Assembly: GCA_003648765.1 (NCBI GenBank)
Contig: QMPV01000002.1
Span: 1,128-65,127, forward strand
Length of the DNA: 64,000 bases
Origin: Candidatus Aminicenantes bacterium
GTDB lineage: Bacteria; Acidobacteriota; Aminicenantia; Aminicenantales; Aminicenantaceae
Direction: 5' to 3'
Shown here: positions 39,669 through 49,827 of the stretch, piece after piece
Position numbering within the stretch: the stretch's first letter is position 1
Layout: every line of letters starts with the position of its first letter
Translations under genes and position numbers: made by a program
The notes under the pieces: model-generated
Told to the model about the DNA's origin: nothing
What the model saw: only the letters and a program-made list of their open reading frames with translations
Databases searched by the model: none

Positions 39669-40793
39669 TTACAATTTTTTCTGGTACACCCGGAATTTTT
39701 TGTAAACTTGGCCACCCATGCGTTCCATTTCAGCCCTGACTCTAACATTCGTTTCCATTTCATGATGGGAATCAATCACTTCGAAACCAGCCTCTTGAGC
39801 TGATTCCAACATCTTGACTCCCATTAACACATCTAGACCTTTGCCCCGGTAAGGCTCTTTGATGGCTCCCAAGAGTAAATCTAGTTGTTTGGTCTTTTTA
39901 GCTGCGCGGAGAATATGGATGAAGCCAAAAGGAAATAACCTGCCCCGAGCTTTTTGGATCCCCTCAGTCATGTCTGGGATGCCGACAATAAAAGCTACTA
40001 CCTCACCCTCTTTGACCACAATTTTAACAAAACGCGGATCTAGAATCGGCAAATACTTCTTCGCCAAGGCCTCCATCTCATCTTCATCCAAAGGAGAATA
40101 GCCATAGATTTCTGTCTGTGAATAACACTCATTCATTAAATGAAGAACGGGCTTAATCCAAGGTTTAATTTCTTTCCTTTTGCGAAACTCCACTACTTGA
40201 AAGCCACCTTTCTTTAAAACACGCTGGTAAATCCTTTGGTAAAACTCCGGGATCTCCCGAGGAACATCAACCTTATACACATAATAATCTATATCTTTGG
40301 TATAACCTAACTCTTCCAGCATCCGGGGCATCCATTCATAATTATAGTAAGTAGCTATAGTGGCTCGGTTTTCAAATCCTTCTATTAGAAATCCTTCCGG
40401 ATCTTGGTCTGTAAACCCGTAGGGGCCCACTACCTTGGTCATGCCTTTCTCGCGAGCCCAGTTCTCTATAGAGCCGAGAAGGGAGGCGACAACTTCACGA
40501 TCTTCCCAGGCTTCCAGGTAGCCAAACCGGGCCGCCTTTTCCCCTCTAAATTCATTATAGCGATAATTGATAATGCCCATAATGCGGCCTACCGGCCGCC
40601 CTTCTCGCCAGGCTAAAAGGCGTATGGTGTCGCAATAAGAAAAGGCCTTGTTCTTTTTGGGATCAAAATATTTCCACTCATCCATATAAATGGGAGGAAC
40701 CCAATTCTTATGACCTCGATGAATTTTTTCTGGAAGATAAATAAATATCTTTAATTCTTTGCGGGAAGAAATCGGCTTAATTTCAACGGCCAT
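39669..40793 (-). CDS. hypothetical GNAT-fold acyltransferase-like protein
   Basis: 374 aa. The pattern is compatible with two GNAT-like halves, but no definitive motif was recognised. Confidence 0.4.
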   Translation of the reverse strand: MAVEIKPISSRKELKIFIYLPEKIHRGHKNWVPPIYMDEWKYFDPKKNKAFSYCDTIRLLAWREGRPVGRIMGIINYRYNEFRGEKAARFGYLEAWEDREVVASLLGSIENWAREKGMTKVVGPYGFTDQDPEGFLIEGFENRATIATYYNYEWMPRMLEELGYTKDIDYYVYKVDVPREIPEFYQRIYQRVLKKGGFQVVEFRKRKEIKPWIKPVLHLMNECYSQTEIYGYSPLDEDEMEALAKKYLPILDPRFVKIVVKEGEVVAFIVGIPDMTEGIQKARGRLFPFGFIHILRAAKKTKQLDLLLGAIKEPYRGKGLDVLMGVKMLESAQEAGFEVIDSHHEMETNVRVRAEMERMGGQVYKKFRVYQKKL

Positions 40794-40984
40794 GAGTGTT
40801 ATCTACAAATTATCTAAATTAAAATAAAAAATCAACCCGGAACCACATCTAATTGATCACCCTCGTTGTCCTTAAATTGCCAGGTCTATCTGCTGGTAAA
40901 AAAGCTATCCTTGTCTTCCCACTTGACAAATGCTTTTCTGGCGACTAAACTTGAACATCAATTTTTTTCGCGTGGTCTTTTCTC

Positions 40985-42298
40985 ATGAAAAAAAAGACAT
41001 TTCCTCGCGGCGTCCATCCTCCGGAAAATAAGCACTGGACTGCGGCTAAATCAATAGAAGTTCTGCCCCCTCCAGAAAAAGTTTTTATTCCCCTCCACCA
41101 ACACTTTGGTCAACCGGCTAAGCCCTTGGTTAAAAAAGGGGATCAGGTCGCCCTAGGTCAAAAAATTGGTGAAGCTCAAGGACTCTTCTCGGCAGATGTC
41201 CACGCCAGTGTTTCAGGCAAAGTGTTAGCCGTTGATGGACATTACCATCCTTTGGGAAAACCTGTCTTGACCGTCACCATTGCCAATGATGGAGAAGACA
41301 AGACAGTCGAATTTTCCGCCGTAGACAATCCCTTCTCCCTCTCGCCTCAGGAAATTATCTCTCGAGTCAAAGAAGCAGGCATTGTGGGTTTGGGGGGAGC
41401 CGCTTTCCCTACAGCGGTTAAATTATCGCCTCCTCCCGATAAAGCTATTGATACTGTCATCATTAATGGTTGCGAATGCGAGCCCTTTCTTACAGCTGAC
41501 TATCGATTAATGAAAGAATATCCTGAGGAAATTCTCCAGGGAGCCGAACTTATTCGCCTGGCCACTGGAGCTCAACAAATTATCCTGGGCATCGAAGATA
41601 ATAAAGAAGATGTAGCTGAACTCTTGGCATCAAAAATTAAACCTCCTCACTTTAAAGTCGAACTCCTCCAAACCAAATATCCCCAAGGAGCCGAAAAAAA
41701 TCTTATCTATGCTCTTTTAAAAAGAGAAGTCCCCCGGGGAGGACTTCCTTTTGATGTGGGGGTTGTCGTGCAAAATGTCGGCACAACCAAAGCTATTTGG
41801 GAAGCTGTCCGCTACGGCAAACCCCTTTACGAACGAGTTTTGACGGTCTCCGGTTCGGGAATAGTCGAACCTAAAAACTTATTGGTCAGAATTGGGACTC
41901 CCTTTCAAGCAGTGATTGATTTCTGTGGTGGCCTAAAAGAAGAGGCTAATCTCTTGATCATGGGTGGCCCGATGATGGGTATTCCTCAATGGACCCTAGA
42001 AGCACCGGTGATCAAAGGCACCTCTGGCCTACTGGCCTGGGCCGCCCCTAACTCAAGCCCTTCCTTCAGTTGCATTCGTTGCGGACGTTGTGTCGCCCAT
42101 TGTCCTATGGGATTGGCCCCGACTCAAATCATGAAATATATTGAATTCGGCCGCTACCAGGAAGCTGAAGCCTGGGGGGCGCTTGACTGTGTGGAATGCG
42201 GCAGCTGTCAATATTCTTGTCCAGCCGGCATTCCCTTGGTCCACTGGATAAAACTCGGCAAATCTATTATTACCGCTCTTAAACGGAAGACAGGCTAA
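40985..42298 (+). CDS. rnfC: Rnf electron-transport complex subunit C
   Basis: NADH/FMN-binding region (GLGGAAFPTAVKL) and two C-x2-C-x2-C-x3-CP ferredoxin motifs. Confidence 0.9.
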   Translation: MKKKTFPRGVHPPENKHWTAAKSIEVLPPPEKVFIPLHQHFGQPAKPLVKKGDQVALGQKIGEAQGLFSADVHASVSGKVLAVDGHYHPLGKPVLTVTIANDGEDKTVEFSAVDNPFSLSPQEIISRVKEAGIVGLGGAAFPTAVKLSPPPDKAIDTVIINGCECEPFLTADYRLMKEYPEEILQGAELIRLATGAQQIILGIEDNKEDVAELLASKIKPPHFKVELLQTKYPQGAEKNLIYALLKREVPRGGLPFDVGVVVQNVGTTKAIWEAVRYGKPLYERVLTVSGSGIVEPKNLLVRIGTPFQAVIDFCGGLKEEANLLIMGGPMMGIPQWTLEAPVIKGTSGLLAWAAPNSSPSFSCIRCGRCVAHCPMGLAPTQIMKYIEFGRYQEAEAWGALDCVECGSCQYSCPAGIPLVHWIKLGKSIITALKRKTG

Positions 42299-43275
42299 TG
42301 ACAGAGAGAAGTTTAATAATTAAGACTTCACCTCACCTTCGACATCCTGATTCAGTCCCTAAAATTATGTATGCTGTCCTCCTCAGTCTCCTTCCTGCGG
42401 TAATAGCTTCGATTTATTTTTTCCGCTTCCGGGCAGTAGCTTTATACCTCGCCTGTCTCGCCGGGGCTTTAGCTACGGAAGCCATTTTCCTGGTGGCGCG
42501 AAAAAAACCCCTAGTGGCTCTCCTGGATGGCTCGGCCGCCATTACCGGACTGCTTCTGGCCATGACATTACCTCCCACCTTGCGCCTAGATCAAGCAGTA
42601 ATTGGAGCTGTTATGGCCATTGCTCTGGGCAAACAAGTTTTTGGTGGGCTGGGACATAACGTTTTTAACCCCGCTTTAGTAGGCCGAGCCTTTCTCCAGA
42701 CTGCTTTTCCCGTAGCCATGACGACCTGGATACCACCAGTGACCCAAGTGGTCAACACTGTCACCTATGCCACTCCTCTGGGAAATCTAAAATTCCAAAA
42801 CGCGGTCGCCCAACACACCCTGACTCCCCTCAAAGATCTCTTTTGGGGAAATGTAGGTGGTTGTCTAGGAGAAACATCCGCTATAGCCCTTTTAATCGGC
42901 GCTGCTTATTTGTTTTACCGTAAGGCCATCGATTGGAAAATTCCAGTGGGTATTATTGTTTCTCTTACCTTTTTCACCGGCCTCTTCTGGCTGGCTCAAC
43001 CGGATAAATATGCCTCACCTCTTTTTCATCTTTTATCGGGAGGCTTGCTCATTGGAGCCTTCTTTATGGCCACGGATATGGTCACCTCTCCTATTACCCC
43101 TCGCGGAACCATTATTTACGCCATAGGCATCGGCTTGTTAATCGGATTAATCCGACTCTTTGGTGGATATCCCGAAGGAGTGATGTATTCTATCCTACTG
43201 ATGAACACCGTTGTCCCCTTGCTTAACCGTTATACCCGCCCCCGCATCTTGGGCGAAAGGAGGAAAAAAGCATGA
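42298..43275 (+). CDS. rnfD: Rnf complex subunit D
   Basis: Polytopic membrane protein with the flavin-attachment region GGLLIGAFFMATDMVTSP. Confidence 0.88.
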   Translation: MTERSLIIKTSPHLRHPDSVPKIMYAVLLSLLPAVIASIYFFRFRAVALYLACLAGALATEAIFLVARKKPLVALLDGSAAITGLLLAMTLPPTLRLDQAVIGAVMAIALGKQVFGGLGHNVFNPALVGRAFLQTAFPVAMTTWIPPVTQVVNTVTYATPLGNLKFQNAVAQHTLTPLKDLFWGNVGGCLGETSAIALLIGAAYLFYRKAIDWKIPVGIIVSLTFFTGLFWLAQPDKYASPLFHLLSGGLLIGAFFMATDMVTSPITPRGTIIYAIGIGLLIGLIRLFGGYPEGVMYSILLMNTVVPLLNRYTRPRILGERRKKA

Positions 43276-43874
43276 ATCTTTCCTCCCGCATGATTGTTGT
43301 TCTGACCAGCGTAGGCGTTCTCTCAGGGGCCTTGCTCTCCACCGTAGGGTTACTCACCAGAGAAAGAATTGAAGCTAATCGACTGAAAGAGATTGAGGAA
43401 GCTATCGTCTCGGTTGTGCCTGGGACTACTGTTAATCAAAAAATCTACGAAGAGAAAGATTTCACCGTTTATGCCACTCGCGGCGAAGCAGGTCAAATCA
43501 CCGGCTACGCCATTTATACAGCCGGCACAGGTTTCCAGGATAAAATTGTGATAATGTTTGGGACAGATGCCTCTTTACAAAAAATTTTTCGTTTAACTAT
43601 CCTGGATCAGAAGGAAACTCCTGGATTAGGAGCCAAAATAACTGACGAAGAAGCTTTCCTTCAATTTTGGGAAAATAAAGACTGCTCCCAGCCTCTGACT
43701 CTTCGAAAACCGCCTGTAAGTCGGGAAGAACTGGGGGCATCGGAAATAAATGCTATTACAGGGGCCACGATTTCCTCCGAAGCGGTGCTGAATACAGTTA
43801 ATGCTAGTCTGGCTAAACTTCGCTCTTTAATTCAGGAGGGAACTATTAACATTGAGGGTAACAATGGCCAGTAA
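43272..43874 (+). CDS. rnfG: Rnf complex subunit G (FMN-binding)
   Basis: N-terminal TM and the FMN-binding motif TGATISSEAV. Confidence 0.88.
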   Translation: MNLSSRMIVVLTSVGVLSGALLSTVGLLTRERIEANRLKEIEEAIVSVVPGTTVNQKIYEEKDFTVYATRGEAGQITGYAIYTAGTGFQDKIVIMFGTDASLQKIFRLTILDQKETPGLGAKITDEEAFLQFWENKDCSQPLTLRKPPVSREELGASEINAITGATISSEAVLNTVNASLAKLRSLIQEGTINIEGNNGQ

Positions 43875-44475
43875 ATCACTCCGCCAAGAATTTTTCAAAG
43901 GGGTCTGGGACGAAAATCCTATCTTCCGTCAACTCCTAGGAATGTGTCCCACCCTGGCCGTCACCAATGCCGTAATCAATGGTTTGGCCATGGGACTAGC
44001 CACGGCTTTTGTGCTTATCTTTAGTTCTATCGTGGTGGCCGCTATCAAAAAATTAATTCCCAGCCAGGTCCGAATTGCCAGCTATATTGTAGTCATCGCA
44101 ACTTTTGTAACTATGGCCGACCGCTTCCTGGCCGCCTTCTTCCCTCCTATCTCCAAAAGCCTTGGTCCCTATGTGCCCTTAATTGTGGTTAACTGTATCA
44201 TTCTGGGCCGGCAGGAGGCTTTTTCTTCTAAAAATTCCGTAGGCCGGGCCTTTATTGATGCCCTAGGAATGAGCACCGGTTTTATTATTGCCCTTCTCAT
44301 CCTCAGTTCAATTAGAGAAATTCTAGGCTCTGGAACCTGGCTTGGCCACCAGGTTTTAGGCAGTTGGTTTGAACCCTGGATTATTATGATTCTTCCTCCC
44401 GGGGCTTTTCTAACTCTAGGCATCCTTTTAGGCTTGATCATGGTCATTGATCGTAAACTTCAGAGGAGTGTCTGA
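43864..44475 (+). CDS. rnfE: Rnf complex subunit E
   Basis: RnfA/E-family polytopic membrane protein. Start chosen at the second Met (MASKSL); 43852 is an alternative. Confidence 0.85.
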   Translation: MASKSLRQEFFKGVWDENPIFRQLLGMCPTLAVTNAVINGLAMGLATAFVLIFSSIVVAAIKKLIPSQVRIASYIVVIATFVTMADRFLAAFFPPISKSLGPYVPLIVVNCIILGRQEAFSSKNSVGRAFIDALGMSTGFIIALLILSSIREILGSGTWLGHQVLGSWFEPWIIMILPPGAFLTLGILLGLIMVIDRKLQRSV

Positions 44476-44477
44476 GA

Positions 44478-45053
44478 GTGGAACTATTAGCCATCTTTAT
44501 TTCCGCCATCTTAATTAACAACTTTGTCCTTCACTACTTCTTGGGCATCTGCCCTTTTCTAGGAGTAAGTAAAAAACTCGACTCGGCTATTTCTATGGGG
44601 CTAGCCGTAACCTTCGTCATGACTATTACGGCCGTCGTCTCCTGGATTATTAACCACTGGGTACTAATCCCTTATAAACTAGAATACCTTCAGATTGTCT
44701 CCTTCATCTTGGTTATAGCTTCCCTTGTCCAGCTGGTGGAAATGTTTATCCGAAAAACTAGTCCTCCCCTTTATCAAGCGCTGGGCATATATCTGCCTTT
44801 AATCACTACTAATTGTGCCATCATGGGTTTGGCCCTCTTAGCTGCTTTAAAAAATTATAACTTCATGGAAACCGTAGTGTTTGGAGTGGGTTCAGGGCTG
44901 GGCTTTACCTTAGCCATAGTCCTCATGGCCGGCATTCGGGAACGGCTGGATCTAGCTGATGTCCCAGAACCTTTGAAAGGAGCCGGTATTGCTCTAATTG
45001 TTGCCGGTATTATGGCTCTTGGATTTTTTGGTTTTTCGGGGATGATAAAGTGA
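44478..45053 (+). CDS. rnfA: Rnf complex subunit A
   Basis: RnfA/E family; GTG start. Confidence 0.85.
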   Translation: MELLAIFISAILINNFVLHYFLGICPFLGVSKKLDSAISMGLAVTFVMTITAVVSWIINHWVLIPYKLEYLQIVSFILVIASLVQLVEMFIRKTSPPLYQALGIYLPLITTNCAIMGLALLAALKNYNFMETVVFGVGSGLGFTLAIVLMAGIRERLDLADVPEPLKGAGIALIVAGIMALGFFGFSGMIK

Positions 45054-45895
45054 TGGACATTCTGATTCCAATACTGACCATGGGTATCTTAGGTCTGCTT
45101 TTTTCTAGTGGCCTGGTCTTGGCTTACAAGAAGCTGCGGGTGGAGGAAGACCCCCGGGTGATGGAGATATTCGAAATACTTCCTCAAGCTAATTGTGGGG
45201 CCTGCGGTTTTTCTGGGTGCCGGGCTTTTGCTGAAGCCGTAGTTAAAGGGGCCGCTCCAGTCAATGGCTGTCCCGTTGGTGGAGAAGAAGTCGCTTCCAA
45301 AATTGCTTCCATCCTCGGCGTAGAAGCTAAAACCATGGTGAAAAAAGTAGCCCGGATCCACTGCCGGGGGACAAAAGAAGCGGCCAAGGAACGGGGAGTC
45401 TATTTAGGCATTGCCACGTGTGCCGCTGCCCATTTAATTGGTGGTCAAAAGCAATGTTCTTATGGATGTCTTGGCTTCGGTGATTGCGTTCGCGCCTGCC
45501 TCTTTGAGGCCATGTGGATGGGGGAGGATGGTCTACCTCATGTAGATGAAACCAAGTGTACTGGCTGTGGTCAATGTGTTGAAGCCTGCCCTCGAAACAT
45601 AATCGAACTTCATCCCATCGACCAGAATATTTTGGTCTTTTGCCGCTCCCTTGATCGGGGACCATTGGCTCGCAAGGTCTGTAAGAACGCCTGTATTGCT
45701 TGTGGAATTTGTGTCCGAGCCTGCCCGGAGGCAATTGTGTTAGAAAATAATTTAGCCAAAATCATTGACTATAAAAAAATCCCTGAAGACAAAATTCCGG
45801 CAATTGAGAAATGCCCGACCAAGGCCATCGGTCGATTTCATCGCCCTCCAGAAGAAACAGACTCGGCTAAAGATCAGCCCCGGCCTGCTTCATAA
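45050..45895 (+). CDS. rnfB: Rnf complex subunit B (polyferredoxin)
   Basis: N-terminal TM, the CGACGFSGC cluster, and several CxxCxxCxxxCP motifs. Confidence 0.88.
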   Translation: MMDILIPILTMGILGLLFSSGLVLAYKKLRVEEDPRVMEIFEILPQANCGACGFSGCRAFAEAVVKGAAPVNGCPVGGEEVASKIASILGVEAKTMVKKVARIHCRGTKEAAKERGVYLGIATCAAAHLIGGQKQCSYGCLGFGDCVRACLFEAMWMGEDGLPHVDETKCTGCGQCVEACPRNIIELHPIDQNILVFCRSLDRGPLARKVCKNACIACGICVRACPEAIVLENNLAKIIDYKKIPEDKIPAIEKCPTKAIGRFHRPPEETDSAKDQPRPAS

Positions 45896-45902
45896 AGTCA
45901 AG

Positions 45903-46349
45903 ATGAAAGACATTGGTGTAGTTTGCAAAATAATGGATAATTTAGCTGAAGTTGAAATCACCCCCATAGCCTCTCAATGTGAACATTGTCCTGCCCGCAG
46001 CCTTTGTGGGACCAATGAACATACCCGTAAAGGGTACTTAACTGTAAAAAACCCTCTTCAGGCTAAAGTGGGAGATCAAGTAGAAATAGAAATCCCAGAA
46101 GATAAGTATCAAACTACTCTAATTTTCATTTTCGGAACTTTTTTAATCGCTCTTCTTGGTGGAGCCTTAGCGGGTTATCTTTTGGCTTTTTTGTTGAATC
46201 TAGAACCAGCTTGGCTCAGCTTGACGGGGTTGATAATTGCTTTAATCATGGCTGGTATTTTTGTTAAAATAAAACTTAATCAAAAAAACAAAGAGTCTTT
46301 ATGGCCAACAATTGTTAATATTTTGGCCAAAGGAGTAGTCAATGGATAG
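45903..46349 (+). CDS. rseC: RseC/MucC-family protein (SoxR-reducing-system-like, two TM helices)
   Basis: N-terminal Cys motif (CEHCPARSLCG) followed by two TM helices. Lies immediately 3' of the rnf genes. The upstream part of the listed ORF overlaps rnfB and was discarded. Confidence 0.6.
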   Translation: MKDIGVVCKIMDNLAEVEITPIASQCEHCPARSLCGTNEHTRKGYLTVKNPLQAKVGDQVEIEIPEDKYQTTLIFIFGTFLIALLGGALAGYLLAFLLNLEPAWLSLTGLIIALIMAGIFVKIKLNQKNKESLWPTIVNILAKGVVNG

Positions 46350-47070
46350 ACGAAACTTCCTTAAAACAGTGATTTTAACTCCGGCTATTACTTCCTCCTT
46401 GCTGGGAAAAGAAGTCCTTGACTCCAGCAAAAAACTCTATCTTCTCACCGACGAGCCTGAACTGTATTTACCTTATCTCTTGAAAAAATTAGAATTAAAC
46501 TTTCCCGGGCGACCTCCAACTTATTCCTTTCTGGGTCCCCATCCTAGAGAATCAAAAATTGCTTCAGTTTTGGAAAAACTTGGTTGGCGGAGAAACCCAA
46601 CAAGACCAAATTTACAAATCAATTTTAGCCACCTTCGTAAGTCGTCCTTTGCTTCTTTTACCTTGATTGATAAAGGTCGAGTGGTAGATATTCGGAAATT
46701 TGGGTTGAAGAAGATCTGGGAAGAAATGGCCAAATCCCCAGCCTCACTTCTAACTATAGCTCATCTTCCTGGCCGTTCTATCTCTGTTAATGAACCTGGC
46801 AATCAAGCTAAGGTTTGGATAAACGGAAAATTAATAGATCAGATCTCTCTTCTAAAACCAATAATAAAAAATTACTCCACCCGGTTAGGTTATATAACTC
46901 TTCAAGTAAGAAATGGGGCCGTTTCAATTACCCATGCCGATTGTCGACATAAAATTTGTCTGTCTTCTTCTCCCATAAATATTGTGGGCGAAAGAATTAT
47001 CTGCGCTCCTAATAGATTTGTTGTGGCTATTCAGAGTAAAAAAGGAATTCTGGATACTGTTATCGGCTGA
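46342..47070 (+). CDS. hypothetical Tat-signal (RRNFLK) exported protein with C-terminal Cys/His motif
   Basis: The MDRRNFLKTVILTPA twin-arginine motif, the C-terminal ITHADCRHKICLSSSP...IICAPNRF motif, and an 8-nt overlap with the rseC-like gene. Confidence 0.55.
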   Translation: MDRRNFLKTVILTPAITSSLLGKEVLDSSKKLYLLTDEPELYLPYLLKKLELNFPGRPPTYSFLGPHPRESKIASVLEKLGWRRNPTRPNLQINFSHLRKSSFASFTLIDKGRVVDIRKFGLKKIWEEMAKSPASLLTIAHLPGRSISVNEPGNQAKVWINGKLIDQISLLKPIIKNYSTRLGYITLQVRNGAVSITHADCRHKICLSSSPINIVGERIICAPNRFVVAIQSKKGILDTVIG

Positions 47071-47119
47071 AGGAAATAGTCTGTCCTCTATCTTAGCGAA
47101 ATTTTACTCTTTCTTTCTT

Positions 47120-48220
47120 TTAAATATTCATGGGCATCAAAACATAGAGATATTCTAAACCAGTGTCATCATCAGGCTGAAGAAGAGCCGCATTTTTACT
47201 ATCTTTCAGTTCCATTTTAATCATCTCTGATTGAGATATGGTCAGAAAATCTAAAATGTACTGAGCATTAAAGCCTACCTCTAGTTCATCTCCTTCATAT
47301 TCAACCTTAACTTCGTCTTTGGCTTCTCCTATTTCTGGATTGGAAGAAAACAAAATAATTTTGTCACTGGAAAATTTAAACTTAACTCCTTTGGTTCGAT
47401 CCGAAGAAAGAAGAGAAACTCTTCTAATTGATTCTAAAAGTTCCTCCCGAGAAACTTTTAGTTTAAAAGGATTTTCGGTGGGAATGACAGCTTCATAATT
47501 GGGAAATTTACCTTCGATAATCCGGGAGATCAGTATTCTTTGACCTACCTGAAAAAACAAGTTGCTTTCATCTAGATCAAAATCAACAATTGAGTCATCG
47601 AATTTTCGAATTTCATTGAGCGTTTTTTTAGAGATAATACATCTAATCTCACCCTCGATATTTAGTGGCTCCAAAGGTGCTTTAACATAAGCCAATCGGT
47701 AACCATCTGTACTCACTAATTCAATTTGATTGGCGGAGAGAACCATAAGGGCTCCGTTAAGATAGTACCTTTGTTCTTGAGCTATAGCGAAAAAGACTCG
47801 ATCAATCATTTTTTGAAATATATCCAGAGGAAATCTTATCTCTTTTTCAAATTGTGAGGTTACTACGGGTGGATAATCTTCCTCAGGTAGTCCAACTAAT
47901 CTGAATTCACTAGCGCCAGAAGTTATTATCAGTGTATTCAGGTTTTCCACCGCAAAGGTGATATCTATATCCTCCCGGAGGGAGCGGACAATTTCAAAGG
48001 TTTTCTTTCCAGAGACAGTAATGGAACCTGGGATCTCTACTTTGGCTGGTAGCTTAGTTTTGAGCCCCACCTCAAGGTCTGTTCCTGTCAGTTCAACTTC
48101 GTTTTCTCTAGTTTTAATTAGAATATTAGCTAGGATCGGCATAGTATTCCGTTTCTCAACAATCCCTTGAAGTATTTGGAGTTCTTTGACCATGTCCTGT
48201 TTTTTCGTTGTAAACTTCAT
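47120..48220 (-). CDS. dnaN: DNA polymerase III beta sliding clamp
   Basis: MKFTTKKQDMVKELQILQGIVEKRNTMPILANILIK aligns with the DnaN N-terminus. A GGTGGAG RBS precedes the ATG at 48220. Confidence 0.92.
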   Translation of the reverse strand: MKFTTKKQDMVKELQILQGIVEKRNTMPILANILIKTRENEVELTGTDLEVGLKTKLPAKVEIPGSITVSGKKTFEIVRSLREDIDITFAVENLNTLIITSGASEFRLVGLPEEDYPPVVTSQFEKEIRFPLDIFQKMIDRVFFAIAQEQRYYLNGALMVLSANQIELVSTDGYRLAYVKAPLEPLNIEGEIRCIISKKTLNEIRKFDDSIVDFDLDESNLFFQVGQRILISRIIEGKFPNYEAVIPTENPFKLKVSREELLESIRRVSLLSSDRTKGVKFKFSSDKIILFSSNPEIGEAKDEVKVEYEGDELEVGFNAQYILDFLTISQSEMIKMELKDSKNAALLQPDDDTGLEYLYVLMPMNI

Positions 48221-48335
48221 TTTCTCCACCACCTTTAATTATCTTTATTATTATTCTCTTTTCAAATTTAGATTAAATAATAAGAAGAATAAAATCAATG
48301 AAAATGTGATTATTATTTACTAACCTTATTATTTT

Positions 48336-49667
48336 CTAGCGGATCTGACTGATTAAATTGTTTATTTCTCTGTGAAAATCAGGATCTTCTTCCAAGAGTC
48401 TTTCAATTTTTCTTAGACTGTGTAAAACAGTTGTATGATGTTTTCCACCAAATTTTCGGCCAATTTCAGGGAGAGAGGCATTGGTTAATTTTTTGGCTAG
48501 GTACATAGCCACCTGCCGAGGAAAAGCAATCTTAGGGGAATTATTCTTTGATTTTAACTGAGAGATTTTAATTTTATAATGATGGGCCACTGCTTTTTGA
48601 ATCTTTTCGATAGAAACTATATGGCTGGCAGAATCTATCAACCCTTTGAGAGCTTCCTCAGCTAATTCTAAATCGATCTCTCGGCCTTTAAGAGAAGAAT
48701 AAGCAATAACCCGCCGGAGGAAGCCTTCCAGCTCCCGAATGTTAGATTGGACCTTATCAGCGATAAAAAGAGCCACACTCTCAGGAATAGTTATGCCTTC
48801 CAATTCAGATTTCTTTTTTAGGATGGCTACTCTAGTTTCCAGATCAGGCGGTTTTAAGTCAGCAATTAAACCCCACTCAAATCTAGAACTAAATCTTTCT
48901 TCAAGATTAGGGATTTCTTTAGGAGGACAATCGCTAGTAATAACAATTTGTTTTTGGGCTTCATAGAGGTGATTAAAGGTATGAAAAAATTCTTCCTTGG
49001 TTCTCTCTTTACCACTGAGATAGTGAACATCATCAATCAGAAGAATGTCGACATTGCGGTATTTCTGCCGGAAATCGAGAATTTTGCCATATTGGAGATG
49101 ATTAATTAAATCATTCATAAATTTTTCGGTAGTGACATACAGAACTTTTAATTGGGTATTCTTGTTAATTGTATAATGGCCTATAGCATTCATTAGATGC
49201 GTCTTGCCCAGTCCAGCTCCTCCATAGATATAGAGAGGATTATAAGAACGACCAGGATTTTGAGCCACAGCGAGAGCCGCAGCATGAGCAAATTGATTGC
49301 ATGTTCCCACCACAAAGTTTTCAAAGGTATAATTGGGATTAAGATTGGGTGAAAGAATTGGTCCGTGTTTGGACTTTCTCTCATGAGGTGAACGGCGCAT
49401 AAAAGGAGTAGAGTTTTCCTCGTAAATATAACGAACTTCGACCATTTTGCCCAAAGCGTCTTTGGAGCTTTCGGCAATTAAACTGCCATAATGGAAAGAA
49501 AGCCAGTCTTTGAAATAAGCATTAGGCACCTTAATATAAAGAACGTCTTTTTCTTCACCAATATAGACAGTTGGCTCGAACCAAGTCTCGAAGCTCCGCT
49601 GATCAATCTTTGTCTTGATGATCAACTGAATCTTTTCCCATGGATTTGAATTACTCTTTTGTTTCAT
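48336..49667 (-). CDS. dnaA: chromosomal replication initiator protein DnaA
   Basis: AAA+ Walker A GGAGLGKTHL, the sensor motifs, and the C-terminal DNA-binding domain (VAMYLAKKLTNASLPEIGRKFGGKHHTTV). Confidence 0.95.
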   Translation of the reverse strand: MKQKSNSNPWEKIQLIIKTKIDQRSFETWFEPTVYIGEEKDVLYIKVPNAYFKDWLSFHYGSLIAESSKDALGKMVEVRYIYEENSTPFMRRSPHERKSKHGPILSPNLNPNYTFENFVVGTCNQFAHAAALAVAQNPGRSYNPLYIYGGAGLGKTHLMNAIGHYTINKNTQLKVLYVTTEKFMNDLINHLQYGKILDFRQKYRNVDILLIDDVHYLSGKERTKEEFFHTFNHLYEAQKQIVITSDCPPKEIPNLEERFSSRFEWGLIADLKPPDLETRVAILKKKSELEGITIPESVALFIADKVQSNIRELEGFLRRVIAYSSLKGREIDLELAEEALKGLIDSASHIVSIEKIQKAVAHHYKIKISQLKSKNNSPKIAFPRQVAMYLAKKLTNASLPEIGRKFGGKHHTTVLHSLRKIERLLEEDPDFHREINNLISQIR

Positions 49668-49677
49668 GAGTCTAATA

Positions 49678-49712
49678 AGATTTCCACAGACATTTCCACA
49701 CCTGTGGAAAAT
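49678..49712. promoter_or_regulatory. cluster of three DnaA-box-like 9-mers (TTTTCCACA type), putative oriC element
   Basis: gaTTTCCACAg, caTTTCCACAc and the inverted cTGTGGAAAa lie within 35 bp, directly upstream of dnaA. Flanking sequence is AT-rich. Confidence 0.6.
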
Positions 49713-49827
49713 TTTTGAGTTATTTATTTAACTAAGAGGTTTCCCAAAGGCGGAGCTATGATAACACTTGAAAATTATGATTTCAAGAATTTTTTAATAT
49801 TTTTTAACCAAATTATTTAGGTAGTAA

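Noticed and set aside
45089-45734. Three minus-strand ORFs (45089..45361, 45184..45387, 45327..45734)
   Set aside because: Antisense to rnfB, whose Cys-cluster motifs are unambiguous.
45765-45902. Upstream 46-codon extension of the RseC-like ORF
   Set aside because: Overlaps the 3' end of rnfB in another frame. The conserved RseC N-terminal Cys motif begins right after the internal Met at 45903.
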